A DNA stretch of 64,000 bases from Nemertoderma westbladi (lineage: Eukaryota; Animalia; Xenacoelomorpha): contig JAUCBJ010005785.1 of NCBI GenBank assembly GCA_032718475.1, positions 1 to 64,000 of the forward strand, given 5' to 3'. Position 1 is the first letter of the stretch; each line of letters opens with the position of its first letter. The translations under genes and the position numbers were made by a program. The notes beneath the pieces are model-generated. The model was not told the DNA's origin and ran no database searches. It was given only the letters and a program-made list of their open reading frames with translations. Shown piece by piece: positions 25,873 to 38,100 of the stretch.

Positions 25873-26524
25873 AACAGTGGCAACGACATGTTTAAACATC
25901 AAAACTAGCAAGGCATCAATTTAAATAAATTCATTTTGCAGGAAAGTTTTAGGTTTGTTTACTTTTAATCAGTGCCAAATATTGTAAGGGTTAGCGAGTA
26001 AACTGAAAAAAAGTTATTTATTTTTATTTATATACTAAGAATAATTAATAGTAATCCAATTTTTGTGAAGGTAGATTTTTTTTGTTAGTGTTAGTGGTGA
26101 AAAAATATACAAACAACATTGTGTATATTATTTATTTTATATTATATTATATATTTTGTTTATTCCACATTATGTTGTAGTATGTACATAAATAATATAC
26201 TTCCGTACTAAAGGGGTTCGTCCATGTTAGTTCAGGAAAATCTAGACTTATTTATCTTGGAATTAAATAAAATTCCCGTACAAATATATTAGTAAATAAT
26301 ATATTAATAAATGTCGCTACTTTTATATTAATAAAATCGCTATTTTTTTTAAGTTTATTGTTTTGAGTTAGGAGATTTAATCGAATTATACAGTGTGGGA
26401 GAAAACAGTAGAATCGATAACCATTTAGCTTTCATCTTATCGCTCTACTAAATTTTGCTTATTTTTTATTGTTTTTTTGGTTTACTGTAAGTAGTACAAC
26501 GCGTGGCGAGTACGATAGATACTT

Positions 26525-27571
26525 TATTGTGTATTTCATTACTTAATGGTGTTCTGTTGTGTATTTCATTACTTAATGGTGTTCCGTTGTATATTTCATT
26601 ACTTAATGGTGTTCTATTGTGTATTTCATTACTTAATGGTGTTCCGTTGTGTATTTCATTACTTAATGGTGTTCCTTTGTGTATTTCATTACTTAATGGT
26701 GTTCTGTTGTGTATTTCATTACTTAATGGTGTTCTGTTGCATATTTCATTACTTAATGGTGTTCTGTTGCATATTTCATTACTTAATGGTGTTCTGTTGT
26801 GTATTTCATTACAATGGTGTTCTGTTGTGTATTTCATTACTTAATGGTGTTCTGTTGTGTATTTCATTACTTAATGGTGTTCCGTTGTGTATTTCATTAC
26901 TTAATGGTGTTCCGTTGTGTATTTCATTACTTAATGGTGTTCCGTTGTGTATTTCATTACTTAATGGTGTTCTATTGTGTATTTCATTACTTAATGGTGT
27001 TCCGTTGTGTATTTCATTATTTAATGGTGTTCCGTTGTGTATTTCATTACTTAATGGTGTTCTGTTGTGTATTTCATTACTTAATGGTGTTCTGTTGTCT
27101 ATTTCATTACTTAATGGTGTTCTGTTGTGTATTTCATTACTTAATGGTGTTCTGTTGTGTATTTCATTACTTGATGGTGTTCTGTTGTGTATTTCATTAC
27201 TTAATGGTGTTCTGTTGTGTATTTCATTACTTAATGGTGTTCTGTTGTGTATTTCATTACTTAATGGTGTTCCGTTGTGTATTTCATTACTTAATGGTGT
27301 TCTGTTGTGTATTTCATTACTTAATGGTGTTATGTTGTGTATTTCATTACTTGATGGTGTTCTGTTGTGTATTTCATTACTTAATGGTGTTCTGTTGTGT
27401 ATTTCATTACTTAATGGTGTTCTGTTGCATATTTCATTACTTAATGGTGTTCTGTTGTGTATTTCATTACTTAATGGTGTTCTGTTGTGTTCATTACTTA
27501 ATGGTGTTCTGTTGTGTATTTCATTACTTAATGGTGTTCTGTTGCATATTTCATTACTTAATGATGTTCTG
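26525..27571. repeat. Minisatellite, 30-bp unit, about 35 copies
   Basis: Unit GTGTTCTGTTGTGTATTTCATTACTTAATG. Confidence 0.96.
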
Positions 27572-28571
27572 TAAGTTAATTAAAAGTGAAAATTATTAAT
27601 TATTATGTGAGTTCAAGACAAGACTAGGAGGTAGTTATGTTAAATTTATAAAATTTTTGTTCTTTCAATACTGTTCTTACTTAGGTACAATGTAATGATA
27701 ATCTATTTAATCTCCTTTTAAGTTTGTTGTTGATTATGCCTAATAAAGAAATTGCTATAACCCCATGTGCTCATCAATTTATATAATGGTTATAAAAGAT
27801 ATTGAATTTCTGCTTTGTATTTCCTACGAAACATAATAATGGTCTATATGGAACTAACATATCTAACAGAGTTATGTGTTATTCCATAGCACAGGTGGCA
27901 CCTCCTTTGTGCTGTATTGTATGGAGGTGGAAGTTCGACGTATTTCCTGGATCAATTGAGCGAGATGACCTTCATGACTCTGGGATTACACACAAAGTCT
28001 GACGACGTATTTCACCCCCCCCCCCCCCCCCCCCCCTCCAGCCCACATGAAGTAGACCAGACTTTCACTATTGTGAACTATATGTTATATTTCACTTTGC
28101 AGTTTACCCCCATGTAGAGAATACCAGGTTTCACTAAAAACTCAGGTTACAGCAAGGCTAAATATAACCAAAACAATAAATGAATTAGTATCTGTACAGG
28201 TTATAAGATATAAATAAATGCTATAAAATATCCAGTTAGGAGAAATTAATAAAATACAAAATAAAATCCCAATAAAATTTCGACCACAAAGTGAATACCT
28301 GGTGCAAAACCTTCGCCCAATAAGATCTGTATTAGTAACCATTTTAGTTACAAATAGAGGGAAAGGAGCAGGTTACACAGACGGCTTTTTTTAACCAAAA
28401 CAATAAACGATGGTGTTACAATTTAGGGAAAGGAGCAGGTTACAGCGACAGCTTTTTCTAATCAAAACAACAATTGCTTATTGGGCGAAGATTGCTCCGG
28501 GCGAAGCTTTCTCGCGGGCGAAGTTTGCTGGGTACCCTCTCCACCCTAATAATTGCATATAACATTTATTC

Positions 28572-30232
28572 AAACCACCTTCGCCGCATCCCCGCTCCAA
28601 AGAGATAAACTATATTATAACTGAATCAAAAGCCGTGAAGAAGTCAACAAAATCATTGATGGCATCAACCTGTTGGTTTATAAGCTCCTGTAGATTAGCA
28701 GAGTACTGCCTGTTCAGGGACCTAAATGCAGCCTTAACTGCATTCTTGGCCGCTGTAGACTGTTTGAGTCGGGACTCTTTCTGCGCCTAATAGAGGTCAT
28801 TTCGGCACTTCCGAATTTGGTGGTCAGTCCAGGGGGCCTTTTTCTTGTTTCGAAGGGTATACAGGAATTGTTTCTGCAGCTGCCAACTTAACTGCTTCTG
28901 TGAAGGCAGTATAGCCCTCGCAGTGATTTGCCGCTTCAGAGGCAATAACCCCATACCTGTTGCTCAGCTGTATTGTGAAGCTGGATCTCACACTTGGCTG
29001 TTGCAATAGAGAGGACCAGTCATGCCGCGGCAATGCCGCGAAGGCAGATTTCGTTGTTCTGCTAGCACGCAGACTAAGTCTTTCCTTGGCCACAATAAGG
29101 CGGTGATCACTGGAGAAGTGTCGAAGTGTAAATGCATTACAGTCTTATATAGAGCTCCTGTATTTCCTACGAAACAGAGTCCAATATGAGTCCATAGCTT
29201 TCCAGTTCGCTTCTTGAACTGGGTTCCAGCCGAAAACCACCAATTTCCAGAGATGAAATCAATTCGGTTAACACTATCGCTATAGACCGAGGGCGATGTA
29301 GGTGATTGATGCAGACTTGCATTAAAGTATCTCAGGAATGGTAAGAATACATGCTGATCCATTCCATCAGTTGCTACTTGTAGATTGTGATAGAAATTTT
29401 CCACCTCATCTACTGGGGCAACACTAGTTGGAGAGTAGCACACAATCAGAACCACCTTAGGAAACTTCTTAGCCAGTCTTCCAGAACATGAGAAGTGGCA
29501 ACGGATGATGCGGTTAGAGATTTGGTCTATTTTGTCCAATGCTGCATGTGCAGTTGGATTCATCAATAGACCAATTCAACCATTGCCACTATCATCTGCT
29601 GATGCGAGGGCGAGTCGCCAACCGCCCCCCATGTCCTTAATCAGAACCTCATCAGTCTGTCCAGTCTGCATTCGGTGCTCTTGAATACCCACTGCGCTAA
29701 GAGAAAGCTTATCTGCCAAGGCATTCAGTCAGCTCACCTTGTCGCATTGGGGACCCGAGTGTTAGGGTGTTAATTTAGGCTAGTCTAGTGACGTGCCTCA
29801 GATTCACCAATGGCTTTGTTGGTCGGGGTGGAACGTGAGAGTAGCCTCCAACTCCAGAATCCCTCTCCCTCTCACAATCTGGCCTCCCTGGTGACCCAGG
29901 GTCTGGGCCAGAAAGGTCATCAGGAAAGGGACTCACATAATTGTTGGCCGCTCTCTCTCCAGTAGGGGGTGAGACATGCTGCCGGTCAGGAGATAACTGA
30001 CGCCTGTAAGGCCAATAGTGTCCGGTAATTCCACTGGCCTCTAGTGGCCGGACCTCCGCATTACTAATGTAATCCATAGTGGGGGTTGGGGGTGCTTTTT
30101 TGCCGGAGTCAGCTCTTGGGGCAAATACCACACCCTGGTTTGCTATTCCACAGGGTGGGTGTCGCAGTGGAGTCAGATATGAGGCCCATCACCCATACCT
30201 ACTCTGACGCACATGACCCACCACTGGTTGGG
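28572..30232 (-). mobile_element. RTE LINE 5' portion with degenerate AP endonuclease domain
   Basis: VGIQEHR, LLMNP..ISNRII..VCYSPTS..VENFY..FNA, FSAGTQFKKRTGKLWTH; stops and frameshifts; its 5' UTR continues at 31305-31707. Confidence 0.85.
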
Positions 30233-31304
30233 CTACTACTAAGATCGGCATGCTGCATTGCAGCTGCATTTTTAAGAATGCTGTGCCGGCTTATCGACAA
30301 AATTGTACCGTCACAACTCCCTATCACCCAGGACATTTGTTAGATCATCCGCATCTTCAAGGCCAGTGTCCTTTAAGATGCGTCTCAAGAAAGTCATGGG
30401 CTGTCCACCATTCTTATTCACTCCATGAGGCTGCCAAAGTACAAGATTATGCACTGGCTGGTCCTCACGGTGAAAGCAATGTCCTGCAAAGCGGAGGCGA
30501 TTTTGTTCTAGTGTTAAGCTTGGGGGAACCAATGAGACACCCCCAATGTTATATAGTTTCTGGTTGGAGATGTGTGCATTGTACTTGACACAATGAACCC
30601 GGCGTAGCATTCTTGTGAATGTGCCATCCAGAGATTTGGTGTCCTCAGCAGTTAGAGCCCAGCATGGACTCCCATTGAGGAGTACTGGAACTACTGCTGC
30701 TCTAAATAATCGGACCTTAAGTTTCCGATTAATTCTCGTTGACTTCCAAATCCTGGAAAGCCTATTCAAGGCTACCCATGCCTTTCCCTTACGTATTCGA
30801 AGATCCTCACCTGACTTCCGGATCCATGATCTCAGGTAACAGAAGTCAACCACATGCTCAAGCATACCATCTTTTGAGCTTATGCTCATCCGATCAGAGA
30901 CTTGCGGAGGATTTTCAAAGTTAACTGTCAAAATTTTGGTCTTTCTGGAGTTAATAAAAAGACCAACACTAGAAGCAGCATGTTCTACTGAGCTGAGGAG
31001 CCGTTGGGCTCCCTCTAGTGATTCTGAGAGTACTAAGTCATCAGCAAAGTCAGTTAGGTACTTGGCAGGAATTCCTCGACTTCTGGAGCCAGTAGGTGGA
31101 GTTATCATCACCCCATCATCACTATGATGATCTAAGGACATGCGTAGAACATAGTCAACTAAAATTATGAACAAGAATGGTGCAAGTGTGTCTCCCTGGA
31201 GGACGCCCCATAACACTTCAAATGGTTCTGTGTCACCGTCAGCAGTAGACACAAATGTTGTCGAACCATCGTATACTGATCTGATTTGAGGAGTCTGATA
31301 GTTT
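30233..31304 (-). mobile_element. RTE LINE 3' fragment (RT C-terminal half to tail) inserted in the 5' UTR of another RTE copy
   Basis: GVLQGDTLAPFLF, FADD, KAWVALNRL, RLRFAGHCF; (TAG)n tail; flanked by an identical 54-bp direct repeat (30167-30220, 31305-31358). Confidence 0.92.
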
Positions 31305-31634
31305 GTGGAGTCAGATATGAGGCCCATCACCCATACCTACTCTGACGCACATGACCCAGCATTGGCTGTGCAGCTCATCTGCTGGGCCATACCCTGTACC
31401 CCTGCTGCCAGGTGCAGGTCGCAGTGAAGTGCATTCAGAGTGGACATGAGAACACTCTACTCCTGACCAGCCGCCATTGGTAGATCACCATTTGCCTGGC
31501 CAGGCAATATACCCCTACAACCAAGTATATGGGTACCCTCTAGCCTTCTTCACAAAGACACACCATGTGGAATTGTACATTCAGCTTATTATAACTTTTT
31601 GTTGGTCACAGCTTTCCAATGTCGACAATGATGT

Positions 31635-31707
31635 CCAGGTGGGATCGTGCGTACTAGTGACCTCTGGGTTGGAAGTCTGACGCTCTAACCATTCAGCTAG
31701 CGACCCA
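31635..31707 (-). mobile_element. tRNA-derived (SINE-like) head at the 5' end of the RTE copy
   Basis: Minus strand GGGTCGCTAGCTGAATGGTTAGAGCGTCAGACTTCCAACCCAGAGGTC...GATCCC: clear A-box/D-arm, degenerate B-box. Not a functional tRNA. Confidence 0.55.
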
Positions 31708-32891
31708 GGTAAAAGGCGGCCAAGTACACGGTAGGGTTGAGCAGTGGCAGCAGAGTCCTCTAGCGGCAGACTGGATAAATGCAGATGAATCACCTTCCTC
31801 AAAAAGACGGTCCAGCATTTGGTCTAGTACATATATTTCAAGGTTCAGCTTATCCAGATTAAGATCAAGGAAATGGGGAAGGTTACCACTTTCACACATA
31901 GCGGAACGGTCATAAATAACGGAATGGATCAAGGATTTCACTATCATTCATTTCGCCCTCTAGCGCCAGACTAGAGAACTGCATACGGACGGCTGAATGA
32001 TGAATGACTCAGCTGATGGTGTAGTACAATATACCAAGTATCAACTTGAAGGGATTAATAAAGCAAAGAAATTGGAGGACATTTAATGTTTAGACACGTA
32101 GCCCTCTATCGAGAGACTGTTGAACTCTAAAAATCTCAACCTTTGGTCGTATTGATGCCTATAAATTTTCAACTCGATAGCTTTAAATTCGTCAAAGTTA
32201 TGTAAGGTAAGTCAGATCGGTAAGGCTCCGCCAACTTCGTGGCTCGCCCCACACCTCTCCTTTAAAACTGTAAAATAAGAATGACATTAAACAACAGCTG
32301 GGGTTCTGCCTTCTGATTGGCAGATATTTAACACATTAATTGTAGTGTGTGATGTACTGACGTCCGTTCTCCAAAATGGCTTATGAGCAGTGTCACGTGC
32401 AGACGTGCTAACTTAACTTCCTTATCATGATGGTGACTGTAAGGTGTGACGTAACCTAACCTGCTTGTTCTCACTGCCCACACTGACACAAACAGCTATA
32501 AATGTATGCTATAGCTGTCAGGCTGTATAGTGCTCTTGCATCACATCGGTCTGTCGGTTGATCGGTATAACTGTTTGTGGTTTCGTGTTACCGGTACTGC
32601 TGTACTGGTACTACTGTCATGAGTCTTTGAGTCAGGGCATCAGGGTGTAGGCCTATCTATCAGTTTTTGTAATGAGTAATGCTGTAATGCAGTACGGTAC
32701 TGCAGTAGCCTGCCTATCTTTTCGGCTGTCCGCTATTACAGTATGCAGTAGGGTTAACTCTTCAAATTCCGGACAAATCAAATTCCGGACACCATGGTCA
32801 AATTACGGACAAATTTAAATTTCATTGGTACAAACTATGAACTATGGAATTAATATCTGACTTTGTACAATAGCCTATAGACTTTGATCAC

Positions 32892-33498
32892 TGATGACTT
32901 AGAGGTACTGTCAGAATCACTAGAGGGAGCCCAAACAGCCAAAGGCTTCTCTGCCAATTGGAGCAGGTTGCTTCTAGTGTTGGTCTTTTTGTAAATTCCA
33001 AGAAGACCAAAATAATCACAGTCAACCTAGACAGCCCTCAAGAAATGTCTGATCGTAAGGGCACAAGCTCTACGGACAAACGCAACGGGGCTTTCTTGAG
33101 CACGTGTATGACTTCTGTTACTTGGGATCGTGGATCAGAAAGTCAGGTGAAGACCTTCGGGCTTCGGATACGTAAGGGGAAGGCATGGGCAGCGTTAAAT
33201 AGTCTGTCCATGATTTGGACAGACTATGGGACCATAGAATAAAACATAACCTTAAGGTTCGATTGTTTAGAGCAGCAATAGTGCCATTACTCTTATGGGA
33301 GTCCATGCTGGAGCTCTAACTGCTGAGGATACCATATACAATATATCTGGATGGTACTTTCACAAGAATGCTGCGCCGGGTTCATTGTTTCAAGTACAAT
33401 GAACACATCTCTAATCAGACTCTATACAAAATTGGAGGTGTTCCATCAATCTCCCTTAGCTTGACTCTAGGGCGGAGCCGCCTCCGCTTTTGCAGGAC
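32892..33498 (+). mobile_element. RTE LINE degenerate fragment
   Basis: EQVASSVGLFVNSKKTK..RIRKGKAWAALNSL..GTFTRMLRRV; same family as 30233-31304. Confidence 0.85.
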
Positions 33499-34268
33499 TG
33501 CATAGATAGATTCAAGCATCACCAAATTTCAAAAGTTGCTAGCTGCGTGTTGATTGCCTATTGCATAAATTGTTTGCTTATTATTATTACCAATAAAGGC
33601 TCGCCAAGTCTACTTGTCTATCTTTTGTGATATGTCTAAACAGTACTTTTTATAAGCCAGCTAGCCAGCAGAACCTGGAACGCTTTAGGCATAACTACAG
33701 AACTATATATATAATATATATTCCAGTAGGTGTATCATATATATTATAGGCGGTACCTATTACGATGGCGCTGGGTTATAACCGCAAGATACAGGTTAAA
33801 TTCTATAAATCGTCAAATAGACAATTTGGGAGAGGAGCCCCATCGATAATTGATCCAAACATTGAGAAATATATACGTCATGTCATAAGGAATGCGTCTG
33901 GTAATATTTCCAATCCATGTAATGTCTGCCAACAACCATAGCACTGTCAGACTGTAGTAACTCTAGAACAACTTTGTTTAATTTATAATAGTTTCAATTA
34001 TCAGCAACTGCTAACTGTTCGCAAATCCCATCTTGGTCTGTTGGTGAATGAATATTTCGCTTCAATGTTAAATTCTCAATTTAGGGAAATGTCAAATGAC
34101 ACGAATGAGCAGATTATAGTGACACGTATTTCTAACCAAAACAATAAATGGAACACAATAGAACAGGTTATAGTTTTATTTATGGGAGTAATCGAACTGT
34201 TATTTGTGTCGAATTTCATGGAGAGGGATCATTATTATTGCGTTGAAAGTCCCCCCACCCCCTATCCC

Positions 34269-35161
34269 GCCCATGTGAAGAATACCAGGATTTAACTTTT
34301 CGGTCGACTTTTTATTGGAATTTTATATATGAAGATTTTTTATTTTTTTAAATATATCTTTATTAAGTGTTTTATACCGCTTATTTCTGTCTTATAGCCA
34401 ACTACTACTAGTATCGGCATGCTGCATTGCAGCTGCATTTTTAAGAATGCTGTGCCGGCTTGTTGACAAAATTGCGCCGCCACAACTCCCTATCACCCAT
34501 GACATTTGCTAGATCATCCGCATCTTCAAGACCGGTGTCCTTTAAGATGTGTTTCAAGAAAGTCATGGGCTGTCCACCATGCTGCCATGCTTATTCACTC
34601 CATGAGGCTGCCAAAGTCAGAAAGTACAAGATTATGAACTGGCTGGTCCTCACGGCGAAAGCAATGTCCTGCAAAGCGGAGGCGATTTTGTTCTAGTGTC
34701 AAGCTTGGGGGAACCAATGAGACACCTCCAATGCTATATAGTGTCTGGTTGGAGATGTGTGCATTGTACTTGACACAATGAACCCGGCGTAGCATTCTTG
34801 TGAATGTGCCATCCAGAGATTTGGTGTCCTCAGCAGTTAGAGCTCAGGATGGACTCCCATAGACTGCATAGAGGAGTACTGGAACTACTGCTGCTCTAAA
34901 TAATCGGACCTTAAGTTTCCGATTAATTCTCGGTGACTTTGGACTTCCAAATCCTGGAAAGCCTATTCAAGGCTGTCCATGCCTTTCCTGTAGCCTTTCT
35001 TATAGCCTAACCTGTACACATATACTAATTTGTTTATTGTTTTGGTTAGATTCAGCCCTCCTGTAATCTGTGTTTTTGGTGAAAACCTGGTATTCTTCAC
35101 ATGGGGGTAATTGCAAAGTGAAATATAACGGCAGAAAGTCTGGTATTCTTCACATGGGCCC
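34269..35161. mobile_element. MITE (same family as 14599-14851) carrying an RTE insertion
   Basis: TIR GCCCATGTGAAGAATACCAG / CTGGTATTCTTCACATGGGC; interior collinear with the 14.6 kb copy. Confidence 0.72.
34401..34988 (-). mobile_element. RTE LINE 3' fragment
   Basis: (TAG)n tail, 3' UTR, RLRFAGHCF; TCTTATAGCC is duplicated on both sides. Confidence 0.9.
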
Positions 35162-38100
35162 CCTATCTGGGGTGGGTATGCAAAACATAAAGCATTGCAT
35201 AACTTCAGAACTGAGTACAGGAGTAAAATATGGCTGTATGTAATACACCCAGATACCTAAACTAATGGAAATAAAGTTTAATTTAATTATTAAAATAGCC
35301 CTAATATCAACCCTCACATCAACTCTCACATCTAATAAAAGGCATTGTCCGGAATTATATACATGTCCGGTATTTTACCAGGTAGTCAAATTCCGGACAG
35401 TCAATTTATAAAATGAAAACCACCCAGTTACAACTAAACAGTTGAACTGAGTGGTAACAATTTGGTTTTATAGTGAACTACAATTGCATCTTGTACAGAT
35501 GCAAACATAATATCAAGGATTAATGCAATTTAAAGTGTCCCAAATTAAAAAAAAATGAAATTTTGTCCGGAATTTGAATAGTCAACCCTATTGGGCTCTA
35601 TCACAAATTGCGGACCCGTCTTTCTTTTTTTTCTGCTACCGGTAGCTGGGTAGATTGGTAGGCCTATACATCTGTACATACAGTCAGGAACACTGGTCAC
35701 AATTTGTCCAATTTACAGTCAGCAGTCCATCCATCAGTTCATCTGTCTGTCTGTCCATACTGCCATAGAAAACATTAGGCCTACTAAATTTAATTTGAAA
35801 ACCGTTAGGCCTAGTGCAATTTTAACATTGGCATTCTAAAAATTATAGGGCAGTACAGCAGTAGGGTGTAGGGGGTAGGCGTACCATTACCAAAGGTAGA
35901 ATCGTCATACTGTCATATAGGCATAATTCTGTATACTGTTATAGGCCCCTAAAATTATTTGAGAATTAGAATCTCATCGTTTGTCGTTAATAACTAGGCT
36001 AAGTAATTAATAATACTGTAATAGGCCTAACTAATACTGTAATAACTGAATAAGATAAGCCTATTAAAACTATCATTAATATTACAAATAAAAAACGGTC
36101 ACATTACAGCATTTGGCATTACCGGTGCGGTGAGTGAGGTCTGGAGGTAGGCAGTAGGGCAGGGTCTATGTCCGAAAACGTGAATTACAGCCAAAATGTG
36201 TCCGGCTTCTGCTTTGAGGACTAGGGCCTATCCTAGTGGAGTTACAGCCAAAACGGCTCTTTCCGGTTTCAGGGGCACGTACTGACGTCAGGACGTACTA
36301 TTTTACAACTGCAGTATTACTGGCAGCCTTTATTTATTGTACCGGTTCACCAGTATTGGTGTACGTACGTCTGTACGTACAGGCAGACATGTGTATAAAC
36401 ACAACTTTTTGTTGTTTTGTGTTGTTTTGTTGAATTGCAGAATTGCGGATGCCTTGCGATAATTAGAAGTATCATTTTTAGTATATTTGTCAATATCGCA
36501 TCAAGGTGCTGGTGTTGACTTGTGCCGGACAGCCGGACTTCACATTTTCTGCAATATCTCAAAAACTATTCGCTTTATCCTCTATGCTTGTTTTGAAGGT
36601 GTCTACCTACGGTCTACACCAACTAAACCTCATTGCGGTTCTATTGAGCATAATATCAATGCAGTAGGAATACTAGAAATAAAATTGGGAATATGACTCA
36701 CTTGCACCATGGTAGGGAACTGGCCATGTGCCTGTGGCAATATTTCCTGTCATCCCCAAATCAAAATTTTGGTATTTATATACCGGAAAATTTGAACTTG
36801 GAAAATTTTTTTTCATTAACAATTTTTTTTTCTGACTGTCCGACCATATGGTTCCCCTCAATTGGTAAAGTGATTGTTTATTGTTTTGGTTAGAAAACTC
36901 GCCTCTGTAACCTGCTCCTTTCCCCTAATTGGTAAAGCAGTAAAAAGTGGCCGTTTATTGTTTTGGTGGTCTGGTCCTGGTGGTAGTGGTAGAGGGTAGA
37001 CTGGAGAACTGCATCAACTGCAGAGTGCAGACATATCAAGCAGACAATCCACCACAAAGATTAAGCTACTACAGCTGTACAGTAATATGCGCACAACAGC
37101 ACTAAAGGGTACAGTAGTCTACCTACACTAACTAACTAAAGATCTAATGTCTAATCGAACCGTCTTTGAAGGTCTAGCAGTCACTGGTCACAAAGGACTA
37201 TAAACAAACAACGAAATGTGAGGTTTTTCCCCCATAGGCCTAACGGATTGCACTCTCGTGGCAGACTGTAATAAAACCCAATAAAACCTAATAATCTTTA
37301 AACTAGGTAGGTTTTTTATTAAACCCTAATAATAAAACTGAATAGGAACACCTAATTGCCATCCCTGGGCACGGTACCTATCTGCCTATTTATACGATAG
37401 CCCGGCTGCTTGACCGAAGGCAGAAATGTGCCTTGCCTGCTTGCTCAGTGATGCCTCTTCTCTCTGGCTCTTTTGATTTTGTGGTATATCAGGTTTAGTT
37501 TGGTTAGGTTAGTCACTGTGCACTGTTAGTTGGTCATGCCAGGCCTCAACCTTAATTACTGAATTACTGTCATGTAACCCTAACCGTAAGTCATAGGCAT
37601 AATCTCTGAAATGTAGAAGAATTTACCACATCCAGATTTCATTGCCATTTAAATTTCTGGGATTATGACTTGGTCTTGGGGTGCGTTACAGTAACAGGTT
37701 ACCCGTACTTTCTGTTACGTAAAGTTTTAATTACGGGTTGAAGCCGCGAATCGACAATATCATGGACAGATCGAGCTTCATACAGTATAAAAATTCCTTA
37801 AAATGGAGACCCCCACCCCCCCCCCCCCCCCCCCCCAAACAAGAACGTCCCTTTTGATTATAAAAGTTCGCTACTGTAACCTGGACCTTTCCATCAATTA
37901 TTATACAATCTAGTTTCGTTTACTGTTTAGGTTAGAAAATTACGAAATATAAATCTAGTTTCCTTATTCGTTTTATTGTTTTGGTTAGAAATTGGTTATT
38001 CTTATTACGTTTTTCTTATTAAAAGAAACATTGAGGTCTTCCTGGTTTCGTTTTGGACCGATGGGATGCCAATTTCATTAAAAACTCAAAGTGGTTTCAT

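Larger units (their letters stand above)
32749..35590. mobile_element. TIR element (hAT-like TAGGG termini) hosting nested insertions
   Basis: TIR TAGGGTTRACTMTTCAAATTCCGGACAAA at both ends with subterminal TCCGGA repeats; no target-site duplication seen. Confidence 0.6.

Noticed and set aside
26466-27599. Cys/hydrophobic repeat ORFs
   Set aside because: 30-bp minisatellite with frame-breaking indels.
31635-31707. Functional tRNA gene
   Set aside because: Anticodon stem and T-arm do not pair properly and the B-box is disrupted; treated as a SINE-like head.
31701-31742. Twister-like CCCAGGTAAAAGGCGG..AGGGTT
   Set aside because: Lacks the rest of the twister core and is antisense to the RTE.
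31693-31947. 84-aa ORF MIVKSLIHSV..
   Set aside because: Protein-like composition but no recognisable motif or splice support; overlaps the CTCF-like sites and the retroelement head.
36487-36696. Candidate upstream ZZEF1 exon (CRTAGLHIF..)
   Set aside because: No compatible splice sites; sequence resembles DNA-transposon interior.
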